This document shows positions 18,289 to 27,821 of a stretch of 64,000 nt of DNA, one piece after another. The first letter of the stretch is position 1. Each line of letters begins with the position of its first letter. Source of the stretch: Candidatus Bathyarchaeota archaeon (GTDB lineage: Archaea > Thermoproteota > Bathyarchaeia > Bathyarchaeales > Bathycorpusculaceae); assembly GCA_963815095.1 (NCBI GenBank), contig CAWFFH010000006.1, positions 96,001 through 160,000 of the forward strand. The letters run 5' to 3'. The translations under genes and the position numbers were made by a program. The notes under the pieces were generated by a model. The model worked only from the letters and a program-made list of their open reading frames with translations, did not search any database and was not told where the DNA came from.

Positions 18289-18783
18289 TTAACGATTTCG
18301 AATCTCTTTTCTGCTTTTTCGGCGCAAGATAACGAATATCAAGACGCTACCTACAACGGTGATAATTATGGATATCAATAGGATATTGCTGAGAGGTGTT
18401 TCCGTTGAATGGTTGCCGACGAAGACGTCGGGATTTGTTGTATAAGAGAAAGTCACTTGAACAGCGTTAGAAAAGTCATTCTCGAAATTCAGCGTATAGT
18501 TTCCGTCTTGCTGGGCAACAAAACCAAATGAAGCTGTTTTGTCGATTAAGCCAAGGTTAACTATTTGAGTTTGGTTAGGAGCATTCACCCAAAATCGTAT
18601 GATGCCGGTGGACGAGATTGAACCGTTAAATGTGGTTCCAGATGGCAGTACAAAGGGTAATTGACCTGACGAATTGGAAAGGGTGAAAGGCGGAATTGTT
18701 GTTGCAAACGCCGAAGAAGCCATCAATGGCATTGTTAGCAGCATCACTAACACAGTAAGGGCAAGTATTTTGGTTTTTTTCAT
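18289..18783 (-). CDS. Type-I membrane protein with emp24/GOLD-like ectodomain
   Basis: Signal peptide, FWVNAPN...FVAQQDGNYTLNFEN, C-terminal TM and basic tail. Confidence 0.65.
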   Translation of the reverse strand: MKKTKILALTVLVMLLTMPLMASSAFATTIPPFTLSNSSGQLPFVLPSGTTFNGSISSTGIIRFWVNAPNQTQIVNLGLIDKTASFGFVAQQDGNYTLNFENDFSNAVQVTFSYTTNPDVFVGNHSTETPLSNILLISIIITVVGSVLIFVILRRKSRKEIRNR

Positions 18784-18895
18784 TTTCCCACTTGAAGAAT
18801 AGTATGTTAATTAAGAAAGGCCTTATTAACAATCACACTAAAAAAACAAAAAACAACTAATAAAGATAAACTTCTAAAAAAACAGTGTAGTTTAG

Positions 18896-18970
18896 TGGAC
18901 CGGGCGGGATTTGAACCCGCGGCTTCCGCGTTGCGAACGCGGCGATCATACCGAACTGATCTACCGGCCC
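18896..18970 (-). tRNA. tRNA-Ala(CGC), intronless, CCA not encoded
   Basis: Acceptor GGGCCGG/CCGGTCC with G3:U70 and discriminator A; anticodon arm CCGCG-TTCGCAA-CGCGG; T arm GCGGG-TTCAAAT-CCCGC. Confidence 0.97.
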
Positions 18971-19171
18971 TTTTCTGGAAAAACACGGTAATAAGGGCAT
19001 TTAGAGCTTTCGGTGAATTTGGCTTGAGACCATTCGGATTCAATCAAAAAACAATAAGGAAATGTTAACAAACATAAAAAAAACCAGCTTAAGAGGGGAA
19101 ATGGTATAAAAGGCAGTCTTAAGCTTCCTTATAAAGAACGATAATTAAAATTATATTTGCGGTAAACTTGA

Positions 19172-20290
19172 ATGGCTGAAAAAAGAGACTATTACGAGGT
19201 TTTAGGCGTACAAAAAAGTGCGTCAAAAGATGAAATCAAAGATGCCTACAGAAAACTAGCCATGCAGTTTCATCCCGATCGAAACAAGGAAGTAGGTGCC
19301 GAAGAACGCTTCAAGGAAATCAGTGAAGCATACGCGGTTCTGTCTGATGACCAAAAACGCCAAACCTACGACAACCTTGGCCATCAAGGCTTTGACCAAC
19401 GCTATACTAGTGAAGACATTTTCCGTGGAGCCGACTTCGACTCAGTTTTCCGCGACATGGGGTTCGGCGACATTTTCCGAAGCTTCTTTGGCGGCGGAGG
19501 TGGTGGATTCGGCAATTTTGAGGAGCGCAACCGAGGACAGGATCTTGCATATAACTTGGAAATAACTCTTGAAGAGGCAGCCAAAGGCACCGAAAAAGAA
19601 ATCGAAATTCCACGAACCGAGCGATGCGAAATCTGCGGCGGCTCAGGAGCAAACCCTGGCACATCAGCCAAAATTTGTCCACGATGTGGCGGTTCAGGCA
19701 AAATTCAGAACATGCGCAAAGCCGGATTTGCAATGTATGTCCAAGTTACGGCCTGCCCAACTTGTAAGGGAAAAGGCAAACTCATAGAATCTCCTTGCAA
19801 CAATTGTCATGGCTCAGGACTGGTTAGGCGACGCAGAAAAATCAGCGTCAAAGTGCCCATGGGTATAGATGAAGGTTTACAGCTGCGTCTTCGGGGCGAA
19901 GGTGAAACGCCAGCTAATGACGGTGAACCAGGTGACCTCTACGTGGTTGTTCACATTAAGCAGAATCCACAGTTCATTCGGGAAGGAGACGACCTTTGGC
20001 ATATAGCAGTAATTACCTTTCCTCAAGCGGCTTTGGGTGCAGAAATCTCGGTGCCTACCATAGAAGGACCAACAACGATTAAATTGCATCCGGGAACGCA
20101 GGTGGGCGAAACAGTAACTTTACGGGGCAAAGGCATGCCGCGTTTCCGAGGTTATGGCAGAGGCGATTTGCATGTACGCATCAGTATTTCGGTTCCAGAA
20201 AAACTTTCAGGTCCACAGAAAGCCCTCTTGGAGCAGTTAGCCAAAGAGTTCGGCAGCGATGTTCAGAAGAACCGTAAATTCCGCCTTTAA
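19172..20290 (+). CDS. dnaJ: Chaperone DnaJ
   Basis: J domain with HPD, G/F-rich region, four CxxCxGxG repeats. Confidence 0.98.
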   Translation: MAEKRDYYEVLGVQKSASKDEIKDAYRKLAMQFHPDRNKEVGAEERFKEISEAYAVLSDDQKRQTYDNLGHQGFDQRYTSEDIFRGADFDSVFRDMGFGDIFRSFFGGGGGGFGNFEERNRGQDLAYNLEITLEEAAKGTEKEIEIPRTERCEICGGSGANPGTSAKICPRCGGSGKIQNMRKAGFAMYVQVTACPTCKGKGKLIESPCNNCHGSGLVRRRRKISVKVPMGIDEGLQLRLRGEGETPANDGEPGDLYVVVHIKQNPQFIREGDDLWHIAVITFPQAALGAEISVPTIEGPTTIKLHPGTQVGETVTLRGKGMPRFRGYGRGDLHVRISISVPEKLSGPQKALLEQLAKEFGSDVQKNRKFRL

Positions 20291-20488
20291 AGCTTACAAA
20301 GCTGACTACTAACAACCCAATCAACTCTCTAAAATCAACTTTTATTTTTGTGGCATTTTCTTCTTATCACTTGCATATGGATTTAGATCTTTTCCATGTT
20401 TTTTTGCCCTTCTTTTCAATAAATTCTCAACTGTTAAGAAACGTCGTTTTAAACTAACTTCTACACGATTTAAACCACAAAAACAATT

Positions 20489-20676
20489 ATGGTTGATCCG
20501 TCTCATCCTTGTGATTCTTGTGGCGAAATAATTGGAGGCGGCGTCAAATATTGCCCAAATGCAAAACCTTGCACTGCTACCTCTGCTCATATCAGCTAAT
20601 GCGTTTTCAACGTAAGTCTGTAATAGAGTGCCCTATGTGCGATGGCAAAATGATAATTCCGAAGTATTATGTCTGA
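20489..20676 (+). CDS. About 62-aa 8-Cys RING-like zinc-finger protein with a 1-nt deletion near 20553-20560
   Basis: MVDPSHPCDSCGEIIGGGVKYCP / KCKTLHCYLCSYQLMRFQRKSVIECPMCDGKMIIPKYYV; four CxxC pairs once one base is restored. Confidence 0.6.
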
Positions 20677-20733
20677 AAGTTGTTTTAATAAGAAAATAAG
20701 AAAATAAAAAAAGAAAGAAGAAAGGATGTTGTT

Positions 20734-22704
20734 TTAGGCTTTCTTCTCGAGTTGTTTGCGTAGTTCTGCGTATGTTGCTTTGATGTCTTCAATGCTGCCT
20801 TCGTCTTCGATGGTGGATGTGTCGCCAAGGGGTGCGCCTGTTAAGACTGCTTTGAGGAGCCTGCGCATGATTTTGCCGCTGCGAGTCTTCGGTAATTTGG
20901 CAACGATTATTACGGCGTCTGGAGTTGCGATTGGTCCAATTGAGGTTCTAACTTGTTTTATAAGTTCAGCTCTGAGCTCGTCTGACGGTGTGAATCCTTG
21001 CCGTAGCACTACGAATGCTACTGGAACTTCGCCTTTAACTGCGTCTTCTTTGCCCATAACTGCTGCTTCAGATACTGCTGGGTGCGAGACTAATGCGCTT
21101 TCAAGTTCGACTGTGCCGATTCTGTGGCCTGCAACTTTAAGGACTTCATCTGCTCTGCCTAGTAACCAGAAGTATCCATCAGGGTCGCGGATTGCGTAGT
21201 CGCCGACGTAGTAGATTCCTGGCCATTTGCCAAAGTATGTTAGTTTGAAGCGTTCGTTGTCTTTCCAGACGGTTTGCAGCATTCCTGGCCAAGGTGACTT
21301 TATGACTAGGTAGCCTTTGGTTCCTTGTGGCACTGATTGTCCTTTTTCATCAACGATGTCTGCGTTAACTCCTGGCAAGGCAAGTGTGGCTGAGCCTGGT
21401 TTTAGCGGTGTAAGCTCGATGCCTGTTGCTGGTGAAATCATGAATCCGCCTGTTTCTGTCTGCCACCAGGTGTCGATGATTGGCAATTTTTCGTGGCCGA
21501 TGACGCGGTAATACCATTTCCATGCTTCGGGGTTGATTGCTTCGCCGACTGAACCGAGTTCACGTAGGGTAGATAGGTCATGTTTGTTAACCCATTCTTC
21601 GCCGAATTTCATGAACATACGGACTGCGGTTGGTGTGCCGTAGAGGATGGTTACGCCGTGGTTTTCAATCATTTGCCACCAGCGGTCTTGTGCTGGGAAG
21701 TCTGGTGTGCCTTCGAATAGGAACGCGGTTATGCCGTGGCTTAGTGGCGCGTAAACGTTGTATGTGTGTCCAGTAATCCAGCCAATATCTGCAACGCACC
21801 AGTAGATGTCTTCGTCTGTTGGGTTAAATGCCCATTTAAGGGTCCAGTAAGCCCAAACTAGGTATCCTCCGATGCCGTGCTGTACGCCTTTTGGCTTGCC
21901 TGTTGTTCCTGAAGTGTAAAGGATGAACAGTGGATCAGTTGAATTCATGTGTTCTGGTTCAACGTATGCATTTGCTCCTGCTGCGGTGAGTGCGTCGTGA
22001 TACCAAACGTCTCTGCCTTCCTTCATTTGGATAGGTTGACCTGTGCGTTTGACAACAATGATCTTCTCGACATTAGGCATAATTGGTGCTGCTTTGTCTG
22101 CGTTGTCTTTGATTCCGACTGGTTTGCCTCTGCGGAAGCTGCCGTCTGCTGTTATGAGGATTTTTGCTCCACAGTCGTTAACTCGGTCTGCAAGTGCTTC
22201 AGCGCTAAAGCCTGAGAAGACAACAGTGTGCACGCCTCCGATTCTTGCGATTGCAAGCAAACTGATTGGCAACTCTGGGATGACTGGTAAGAAGAGTGCG
22301 ACGCGGTCGCCTTTTTTGACGCCGTAGCTTTTTAGTGCTTTTGCAACTTTGTTTACTTCACGGTATAGTTGATAGTAAGTGTAAGTTTTTACTTCTCCCA
22401 TTTCGCCTTCCCAAATGTAGGCGAGTTTGTTTTTGCGTGCGGTTTTTATGTGGCGGTCAACTGCGTTGTAGCAGATGTTGAGTTCTCCATCGGGGAACCA
22501 TTTGTAGAACGGCGGGTTTGAGTCATCCAACACTTTGGTTGGCGCCTTAAACCAGTCGATGGCTTTTGCTTTTTCTGCCCAGAACTCAGTGGGGTTTTTA
22601 ATGGATTCTTCCCATACTTTTTTTCGTATTTCTCCAGAAGAAACCTTTGCAATACTTGGACTATATCGTTCATTGAAAGGTAAACTATCTGACATAGCTA
22701 TCAT
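20734..22704 (-). CDS. acs: Acetyl-CoA synthetase (AMP-forming)
   Basis: YTSGTTGKPKG, DTWWQTETG, LPKTRSGKIMRR. Confidence 0.97.
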   Translation of the reverse strand: MIAMSDSLPFNERYSPSIAKVSSGEIRKKVWEESIKNPTEFWAEKAKAIDWFKAPTKVLDDSNPPFYKWFPDGELNICYNAVDRHIKTARKNKLAYIWEGEMGEVKTYTYYQLYREVNKVAKALKSYGVKKGDRVALFLPVIPELPISLLAIARIGGVHTVVFSGFSAEALADRVNDCGAKILITADGSFRRGKPVGIKDNADKAAPIMPNVEKIIVVKRTGQPIQMKEGRDVWYHDALTAAGANAYVEPEHMNSTDPLFILYTSGTTGKPKGVQHGIGGYLVWAYWTLKWAFNPTDEDIYWCVADIGWITGHTYNVYAPLSHGITAFLFEGTPDFPAQDRWWQMIENHGVTILYGTPTAVRMFMKFGEEWVNKHDLSTLRELGSVGEAINPEAWKWYYRVIGHEKLPIIDTWWQTETGGFMISPATGIELTPLKPGSATLALPGVNADIVDEKGQSVPQGTKGYLVIKSPWPGMLQTVWKDNERFKLTYFGKWPGIYYVGDYAIRDPDGYFWLLGRADEVLKVAGHRIGTVELESALVSHPAVSEAAVMGKEDAVKGEVPVAFVVLRQGFTPSDELRAELIKQVRTSIGPIATPDAVIIVAKLPKTRSGKIMRRLLKAVLTGAPLGDTSTIEDEGSIEDIKATYAELRKQLEKKA

Positions 22705-22876
22705 ATCCTTAGATGCTGGGAAGGATTAGCCACAGAGAATATAAGTTTTTTCAACTAAAACGCTTAAAACAAAAAAAGAAAAGCCCCTTTTGCATCAACA
22801 AGAAACGAAGCTACCTTAAAGTGAGAATGCTCTAAAAGACCGAAATAAAAAAAATAAAAAGGAAAATGAGAGAGAT

Positions 22877-23467
22877 TTACTGTTTGACTGGGAGAATTGG
22901 CAGGACGGTTTTTCCATTTGCTTCGTTTAAGACTTCTGCGAGCCCAAGGTAGACTGCGCTTCCGCCGCAGATGACGCCTTCAATGCCTGTTATTGTGTTG
23001 AACCAGACTGGGTTGCCCAGCAGTTCACGTGTTGCCAACATAAAGAATAGTATGAATAAGCTGCCAAAAACGAATTGCAGTGCGCGATTTGCTTTAATGG
23101 TGCCAAAGAACATTGCGAAAGTGAAAAGCCCCCACATGAAAAAGTATGCTGCCATCGATGTATCGTTTGGTGTGGCGAATCCAGGGGCTATGAAGGATAG
23201 TTTTGGTAAAACAAGCAGAAGAACCAGTGACCACCAAAAGAAGCCGTAAGAGCTGAAAGCTACCATGCCAAATGTGTTGCCTTTTTTGAATTCCATTATT
23301 CCAACAATTATCTGTGCTAAGCCACCGAATGCAATGCCCATCGCCAGAATCATTGTGTCAAGAGGATTAAAAACGCCAGCGTTGTGAAGGTTGAGAAGTA
23401 CTGTTGTTAGTCCGAAACCTAATAGCCCCAGAGGAGCAGGATTAGCTAATTTTTGAGTTATACTCAT
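22877..23467 (-). CDS. satP: Acetate uptake transporter, SatP/YaaH/GPR1-FUN34 family
   Basis: [13 protein letters not shown] signature, GNTFG, six TM helices. Confidence 0.92.
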   Translation of the reverse strand: MSITQKLANPAPLGLLGFGLTTVLLNLHNAGVFNPLDTMILAMGIAFGGLAQIIVGIMEFKKGNTFGMVAFSSYGFFWWSLVLLLVLPKLSFIAPGFATPNDTSMAAYFFMWGLFTFAMFFGTIKANRALQFVFGSLFILFFMLATRELLGNPVWFNTITGIEGVICGGSAVYLGLAEVLNEANGKTVLPILPVKQ

Positions 23468-23515
23468 TTCTATGTTTCCCCGATTGGATGTTTTAACTGA
23501 ATTCAGCATACTTTT

Positions 23516-26287
23516 TTATAAAGCTTTGGAAAACAATACGATTCTCTTTCTTGAAGCCAAATACTTGCCAATTTCCAAAGCGGCAAACACTGCTCCTGCA
23601 AAGAGCCCAGCTATTGCCCAATCAACTAGTTCAGGGGAATGGACGTCAAAGAGAACTTGCAGACCGGGCACATAGAGGATAACTAACTGCAAACCAAAAG
23701 AGGATAGAACTGCGTACCAGAGGTATTTGTTTTTGAAAGGCCCAACCTTGAAAACAGGGTACTTTAATGAGCGACAGGAGATGGCGACCGCTAATTCCAT
23801 AACGATCATTGCCGTGAGCAATTGCGTTCTTGCCTCCAAGAGTCTAAAGTTGCTTTCCCAAGGCATATGTGAGAAAAACGCCAGCAACAACAGAATCGAC
23901 ATGAATATGGGGACGGTAGTAAGGTACACCTTGACATCTTTGCTAAACACGCTCTCACTGGGTTTGCGGGGTTTGCGCTGCATCAAATCTGGGTCACCGG
24001 GGTCAACACCTAAAGCTATGGCAGGCAAACCATCAGTAACAAGGTTAATCCAAAGAATCTGCACAGCTGTTAAAGCAAGAGCAGCACTATTTACCAACCC
24101 AACATCAGAGCCCGGCGATAAAATCCGGGCGAGGTACGGCACACTGACCACAGCAAAAAACATAACCAAGATTTCCATGATGTTACATTGCAGCAGATAG
24201 GTCAGGTATTTTTTGATGTTGTCAAAGATTTCTCGGCCTTCGCGGACGGCTTTAACTATGCTTGCAAAGTTGTCGTCTGCCAAAACCATGTCAGCGGCTT
24301 CCTTTGAAACCTCCGTTCCCGAAATGCCCATAGCGATGCCTATATCACTCATTTTTAAAGCAGGCGCATCATTAACTCCATCGCCTGTCATAGCTACAAC
24401 TTCGCCTTTTTTCTTCCAAGCCATAACAATCCGCATTTTATGCTCGGGAGCTACACGGGCATAGACGACAACCTTTTCGACCACTCGGGCAAATTGTTCG
24501 TCTGTCATAGCCTCAAGCTCCTGACCCATCAAAACTTGACCTTCTTGCTCTTTTTCACCAATCAAGTTGAGTTCCTTAGCCACAGCGGTGGCTGTAAGTT
24601 GGTGGTCGCCTGTAATCATGACTACGCGTATTCCAGCGTTCTTACATATGGTTATGGCGTCTTTGACTTCTGGACGCGGTGGATCAATCATGCCAATGAT
24701 TCCAACAAAGACGAAGCCCTCTTCCATTTCCTCTTCAAATTGTCCTATGTAGTCAGGTAATTCTTTGTAGGCGAAACCGAGGTTTCTGAGGGCTTGCAGA
24801 GCCATGGTCTCGGTGACTTTGTAGTATTTTTCGCGCAGTTCATTGGTTAGTGCCTGAACTCTCCCTTCCAAAAAGATTTTGCTGCATCGTTCCAAAACTA
24901 TTTCTGGTGCTCCTTTCATGTAAGCAACTTTTTTACCTTCGACAGCATGTATTGTTGTCATTCGTTTTCTTTCTGAAGAAAATGGCACTTCCGCTATGCG
25001 TGGCTCTTGCTTTTCTAGTTCTGTTTTGGCGATTTCTGCTTTCTCCGCGGCAACAACAAGCGCTCCTTCTGTTGGGTCGCCTTTCACTGTCCATTTGCCG
25101 GATTTGGGATCTTTTTCAAGGTTCGAATCGTTACACAAGGCTGCAACTTTAAGCAACATTCTCAGGTTTTCATCAGGTTGTATTGCTCTAGCTTCAGATT
25201 GGAATTCGCCCTGTGGAGCATAACCTATTCCAGTAACTTTGATAGTTTGATCATTAACGTAGATGTGCTGGACGGTCATTTCGCCCTTTGTCATGGTTCC
25301 TGTTTTGTCGCTGCATATAACGCTGGTGCTTCCAAGGGTCTCTACTGCAGGCAGTCGTTTAACGATGGTGTTAACTTTAGCCATGCGGTACATGCCTATG
25401 GCAAGGGCGCCTGTTATGATAGCGGGTAATGCCTCAGGAACAGCGGCAACTGCTAAGCTAATAGCCCAAAGAATCATGTCAAGGATTGGGCGGTGCTCAA
25501 CGATTACTCCAACTGTTCCAACGCTAAGCGAAACAATTATGGCTAAAATGCCGATCCATTTGCCGACGCCGTTCATCCGTTTTTCCAGAGGGGTTTGTTC
25601 CTTGGGCGAAGCTTGAACCATCTCGGCAATTTTACCGAATTCCGTATTCATACCAGTATATGTAACCGCTGCCTTGCCTCTGCCGTACACGACGATTGTT
25701 CCAGTGAAAACCAAATTGTGCCGATCATTTAGGGAGGTCTTTTCGGGAAGTGGCAGGGTGGATTTGTCAACGGGTGCAGATTCGCCGGTTAATGACGCTT
25801 CATCGGTTTTCATCATTGATGTTTCCAGAAGCCTCGCGTCCGCAGGAACTTTATCTCCTGTGTAGAGAAAGATTATATCACCTGGGACGAGTTGGCTAGA
25901 AGGTATTTTAACTTCTTTGTTGTCACGAAGAACGCTGGCGGTTGGTGCAGTCATTTTTTTGAGGGCTTCTACAGCTTTTTCGCTTCGATATTCTTGTGAG
26001 AAACCTAAAACTGCGCTTGCAATGACGATAGCTAGGATCATGAATGCATCGGTTGCTTCTCCGACGAAGAATGATAGAGCGATTGCTACAATCAGGATAA
26101 CCATAAGGACGTTGGTGAATTGTCCAAGAAGCAGTTTTATGGGGGACCTGCTTTTTTCTTTCTTAATCTCGTTGAGTCCATACTTTGTTAGGCGTTCCTG
26201 TGAATCCTGGGAGGTTAATCCTTGGGGGGTAACCTGCAATGCGCTCATGGTTTCTTCGACTGTTTTGCTGTACCACGGGTTCACCAT
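23516..26287 (-). CDS. P-type IIA cation (probably Ca2+) transporting ATPase
   Basis: LTGES, PEALP, DKTGT, MITGD, GDGVNDAP. Confidence 0.95.
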   Translation of the reverse strand: MVNPWYSKTVEETMSALQVTPQGLTSQDSQERLTKYGLNEIKKEKSRSPIKLLLGQFTNVLMVILIVAIALSFFVGEATDAFMILAIVIASAVLGFSQEYRSEKAVEALKKMTAPTASVLRDNKEVKIPSSQLVPGDIIFLYTGDKVPADARLLETSMMKTDEASLTGESAPVDKSTLPLPEKTSLNDRHNLVFTGTIVVYGRGKAAVTYTGMNTEFGKIAEMVQASPKEQTPLEKRMNGVGKWIGILAIIVSLSVGTVGVIVEHRPILDMILWAISLAVAAVPEALPAIITGALAIGMYRMAKVNTIVKRLPAVETLGSTSVICSDKTGTMTKGEMTVQHIYVNDQTIKVTGIGYAPQGEFQSEARAIQPDENLRMLLKVAALCNDSNLEKDPKSGKWTVKGDPTEGALVVAAEKAEIAKTELEKQEPRIAEVPFSSERKRMTTIHAVEGKKVAYMKGAPEIVLERCSKIFLEGRVQALTNELREKYYKVTETMALQALRNLGFAYKELPDYIGQFEEEMEEGFVFVGIIGMIDPPRPEVKDAITICKNAGIRVVMITGDHQLTATAVAKELNLIGEKEQEGQVLMGQELEAMTDEQFARVVEKVVVYARVAPEHKMRIVMAWKKKGEVVAMTGDGVNDAPALKMSDIGIAMGISGTEVSKEAADMVLADDNFASIVKAVREGREIFDNIKKYLTYLLQCNIMEILVMFFAVVSVPYLARILSPGSDVGLVNSAALALTAVQILWINLVTDGLPAIALGVDPGDPDLMQRKPRKPSESVFSKDVKVYLTTVPIFMSILLLLAFFSHMPWESNFRLLEARTQLLTAMIVMELAVAISCRSLKYPVFKVGPFKNKYLWYAVLSSFGLQLVILYVPGLQVLFDVHSPELVDWAIAGLFAGAVFAALEIGKYLASRKRIVLFSKAL

Positions 26288-26838
26288 TAACTTTCCTCAG
26301 GATTTTTTCTATGATAAATCAGGCTATGCTTATAGAGGGAGATGACTCCAGTCAACAGAACAATTAAACTCAATAAGTATAGGAACCAAGTGAAAACTGA
26401 ACCGAAACTGCTTATTTGTTTTTGCCATTGCCAAGGAAAGTCAGCAAGACTCTCAAGCGGCCATGCCCCGATTACCTGGTAGGTAAAGCCAAAAGCTGTT
26501 AACAATATGGCGACGTACTGTTTATCGACGGATGCTTCAGGCTTGATTGCTCGCATGCTATAGTTACATAGCATTACAGTACCTACAATCAAAGCCGGTA
26601 AACTGGTGACAAAAAATATAGGTTCAATAATACTGCGTGGAAGCAGAACGTTGATGCTTGAAGGAGGATAACCCGTAATGTCTTTGCCCCAATCAGCCAG
26701 CGTCCAGCGACTAAGCAGCACAGAAGACAAATAGAACACGCCATAAGCAGCCAAAAACAAGCCAAGTGACACCTTGTGGATTCTCACATAGTTGGAAATT
26801 TTGTAAATGTAGGTTTGCATAGGGCTGTCAGAGCTCAC
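26287..26838 (-). CDS. Hypothetical membrane protein with about 4 TM helices
   Basis: Hydrophobic ORF whose stop overlaps the ATPase start codon (translational coupling). Confidence 0.75.
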   Translation of the reverse strand: MSSDSPMQTYIYKISNYVRIHKVSLGLFLAAYGVFYLSSVLLSRWTLADWGKDITGYPPSSINVLLPRSIIEPIFFVTSLPALIVGTVMLCNYSMRAIKPEASVDKQYVAILLTAFGFTYQVIGAWPLESLADFPWQWQKQISSFGSVFTWFLYLLSLIVLLTGVISLYKHSLIYHRKNPEES

Positions 26839-27107
26839 TGATGTCCTGGTTTGTAAAGTATTTTTATTATATCAATAGAATATATGAGTTTTCAAAAAAA
26901 TCAAGTGCATGCAGGGTTTCAAGTTGCGCTGGTTTGGACAAATTTGCATTCTAATAGTTTATCTTTGCAGAAACTTTAGAGTGTAGGTTACAAATGGCAA
27001 TTTCAGCAGCCAAAAATCTTTTTTCTAAAAAAATTATCACGCTTAAAGCCAAAAAAGATATAATGCCTAGAAGGCATTAGTAGAAACTGTACTTTTAAGG
27101 TGCTTTA

Positions 27108-27806
27108 ATGAAGTTCGAAACTACATTCCAAGAGATAATACCACGAACCCATGAAGTAACAAGCTTCAGGTTTTCCCGACCTTCCGAGCTTGATTACAAA
27201 CCGGGGCAATTCTTTTTAGTAACCCTAAAACAAGGCTACAAAGAACTAACCAAACATTTTAGTTTCAGCAGCAGCCCGACAGAAAAAAACCATATAGAAT
27301 TCACCAAAAAATTAACGGACCACGAATTTTCCTTGGCTCTGAAAGCCGCCAAAGTCGGTGATTGGGCCCGAATAGATGGCCCCTATGGACAATTCACTTT
27401 TGAGGGTGAATACCCAAAAATTGCCTTGCTTGGAGGAGGAATCGGGATAACTCCGTTTGTGAGTTACTGCAAAAATGCCTCGGACAAGAGTTTAAGCAGC
27501 AAAATCACTTTGTTCTATGGATGCCGTACACCGGAGGATATCGCTTTTAGGAAAGAGTTCGAAGAGTTTGCGCAGCAAAATAGGAACCTCAAGTTAGTCT
27601 TCACAGTTAACCAACCAACTCCTGACTGGAAAGGTGCAACTGGCACAATCAACATAGACATGATAAAGCAGCAACTGCCCGATTACAAAGAGAATATTTT
27701 TTACACTTGTGGACCGCCACCGATGATTGAGGCAATGGAAAAACTTGTGGTGAACTTGGGGTTACCAAAAGAAAAGTTAAAACGGGAACTTTTTTCCGGC
27801 TACTAA
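27108..27806 (+). CDS. FNR-family FAD/NAD(P)-binding oxidoreductase
   Basis: YKPGQF, FSFSSSP, GPYGQF, GGIGITP, YTCGPPPM. Confidence 0.92.
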   Translation: MKFETTFQEIIPRTHEVTSFRFSRPSELDYKPGQFFLVTLKQGYKELTKHFSFSSSPTEKNHIEFTKKLTDHEFSLALKAAKVGDWARIDGPYGQFTFEGEYPKIALLGGGIGITPFVSYCKNASDKSLSSKITLFYGCRTPEDIAFRKEFEEFAQQNRNLKLVFTVNQPTPDWKGATGTINIDMIKQQLPDYKENIFYTCGPPPMIEAMEKLVVNLGLPKEKLKRELFSGY

Positions 27807-27821
27807 AAAGGAAAAAAGGGT

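Noticed and set aside
19172-20290. dnaJ without adjacent dnaK or grpE
   Set aside because: Split chaperone loci are common; the partners may lie outside the window.
20342-20590. 82-aa minus-strand ORF
   Set aside because: No recognisable features, and it overlaps a more convincing 8-Cys gene on the + strand.
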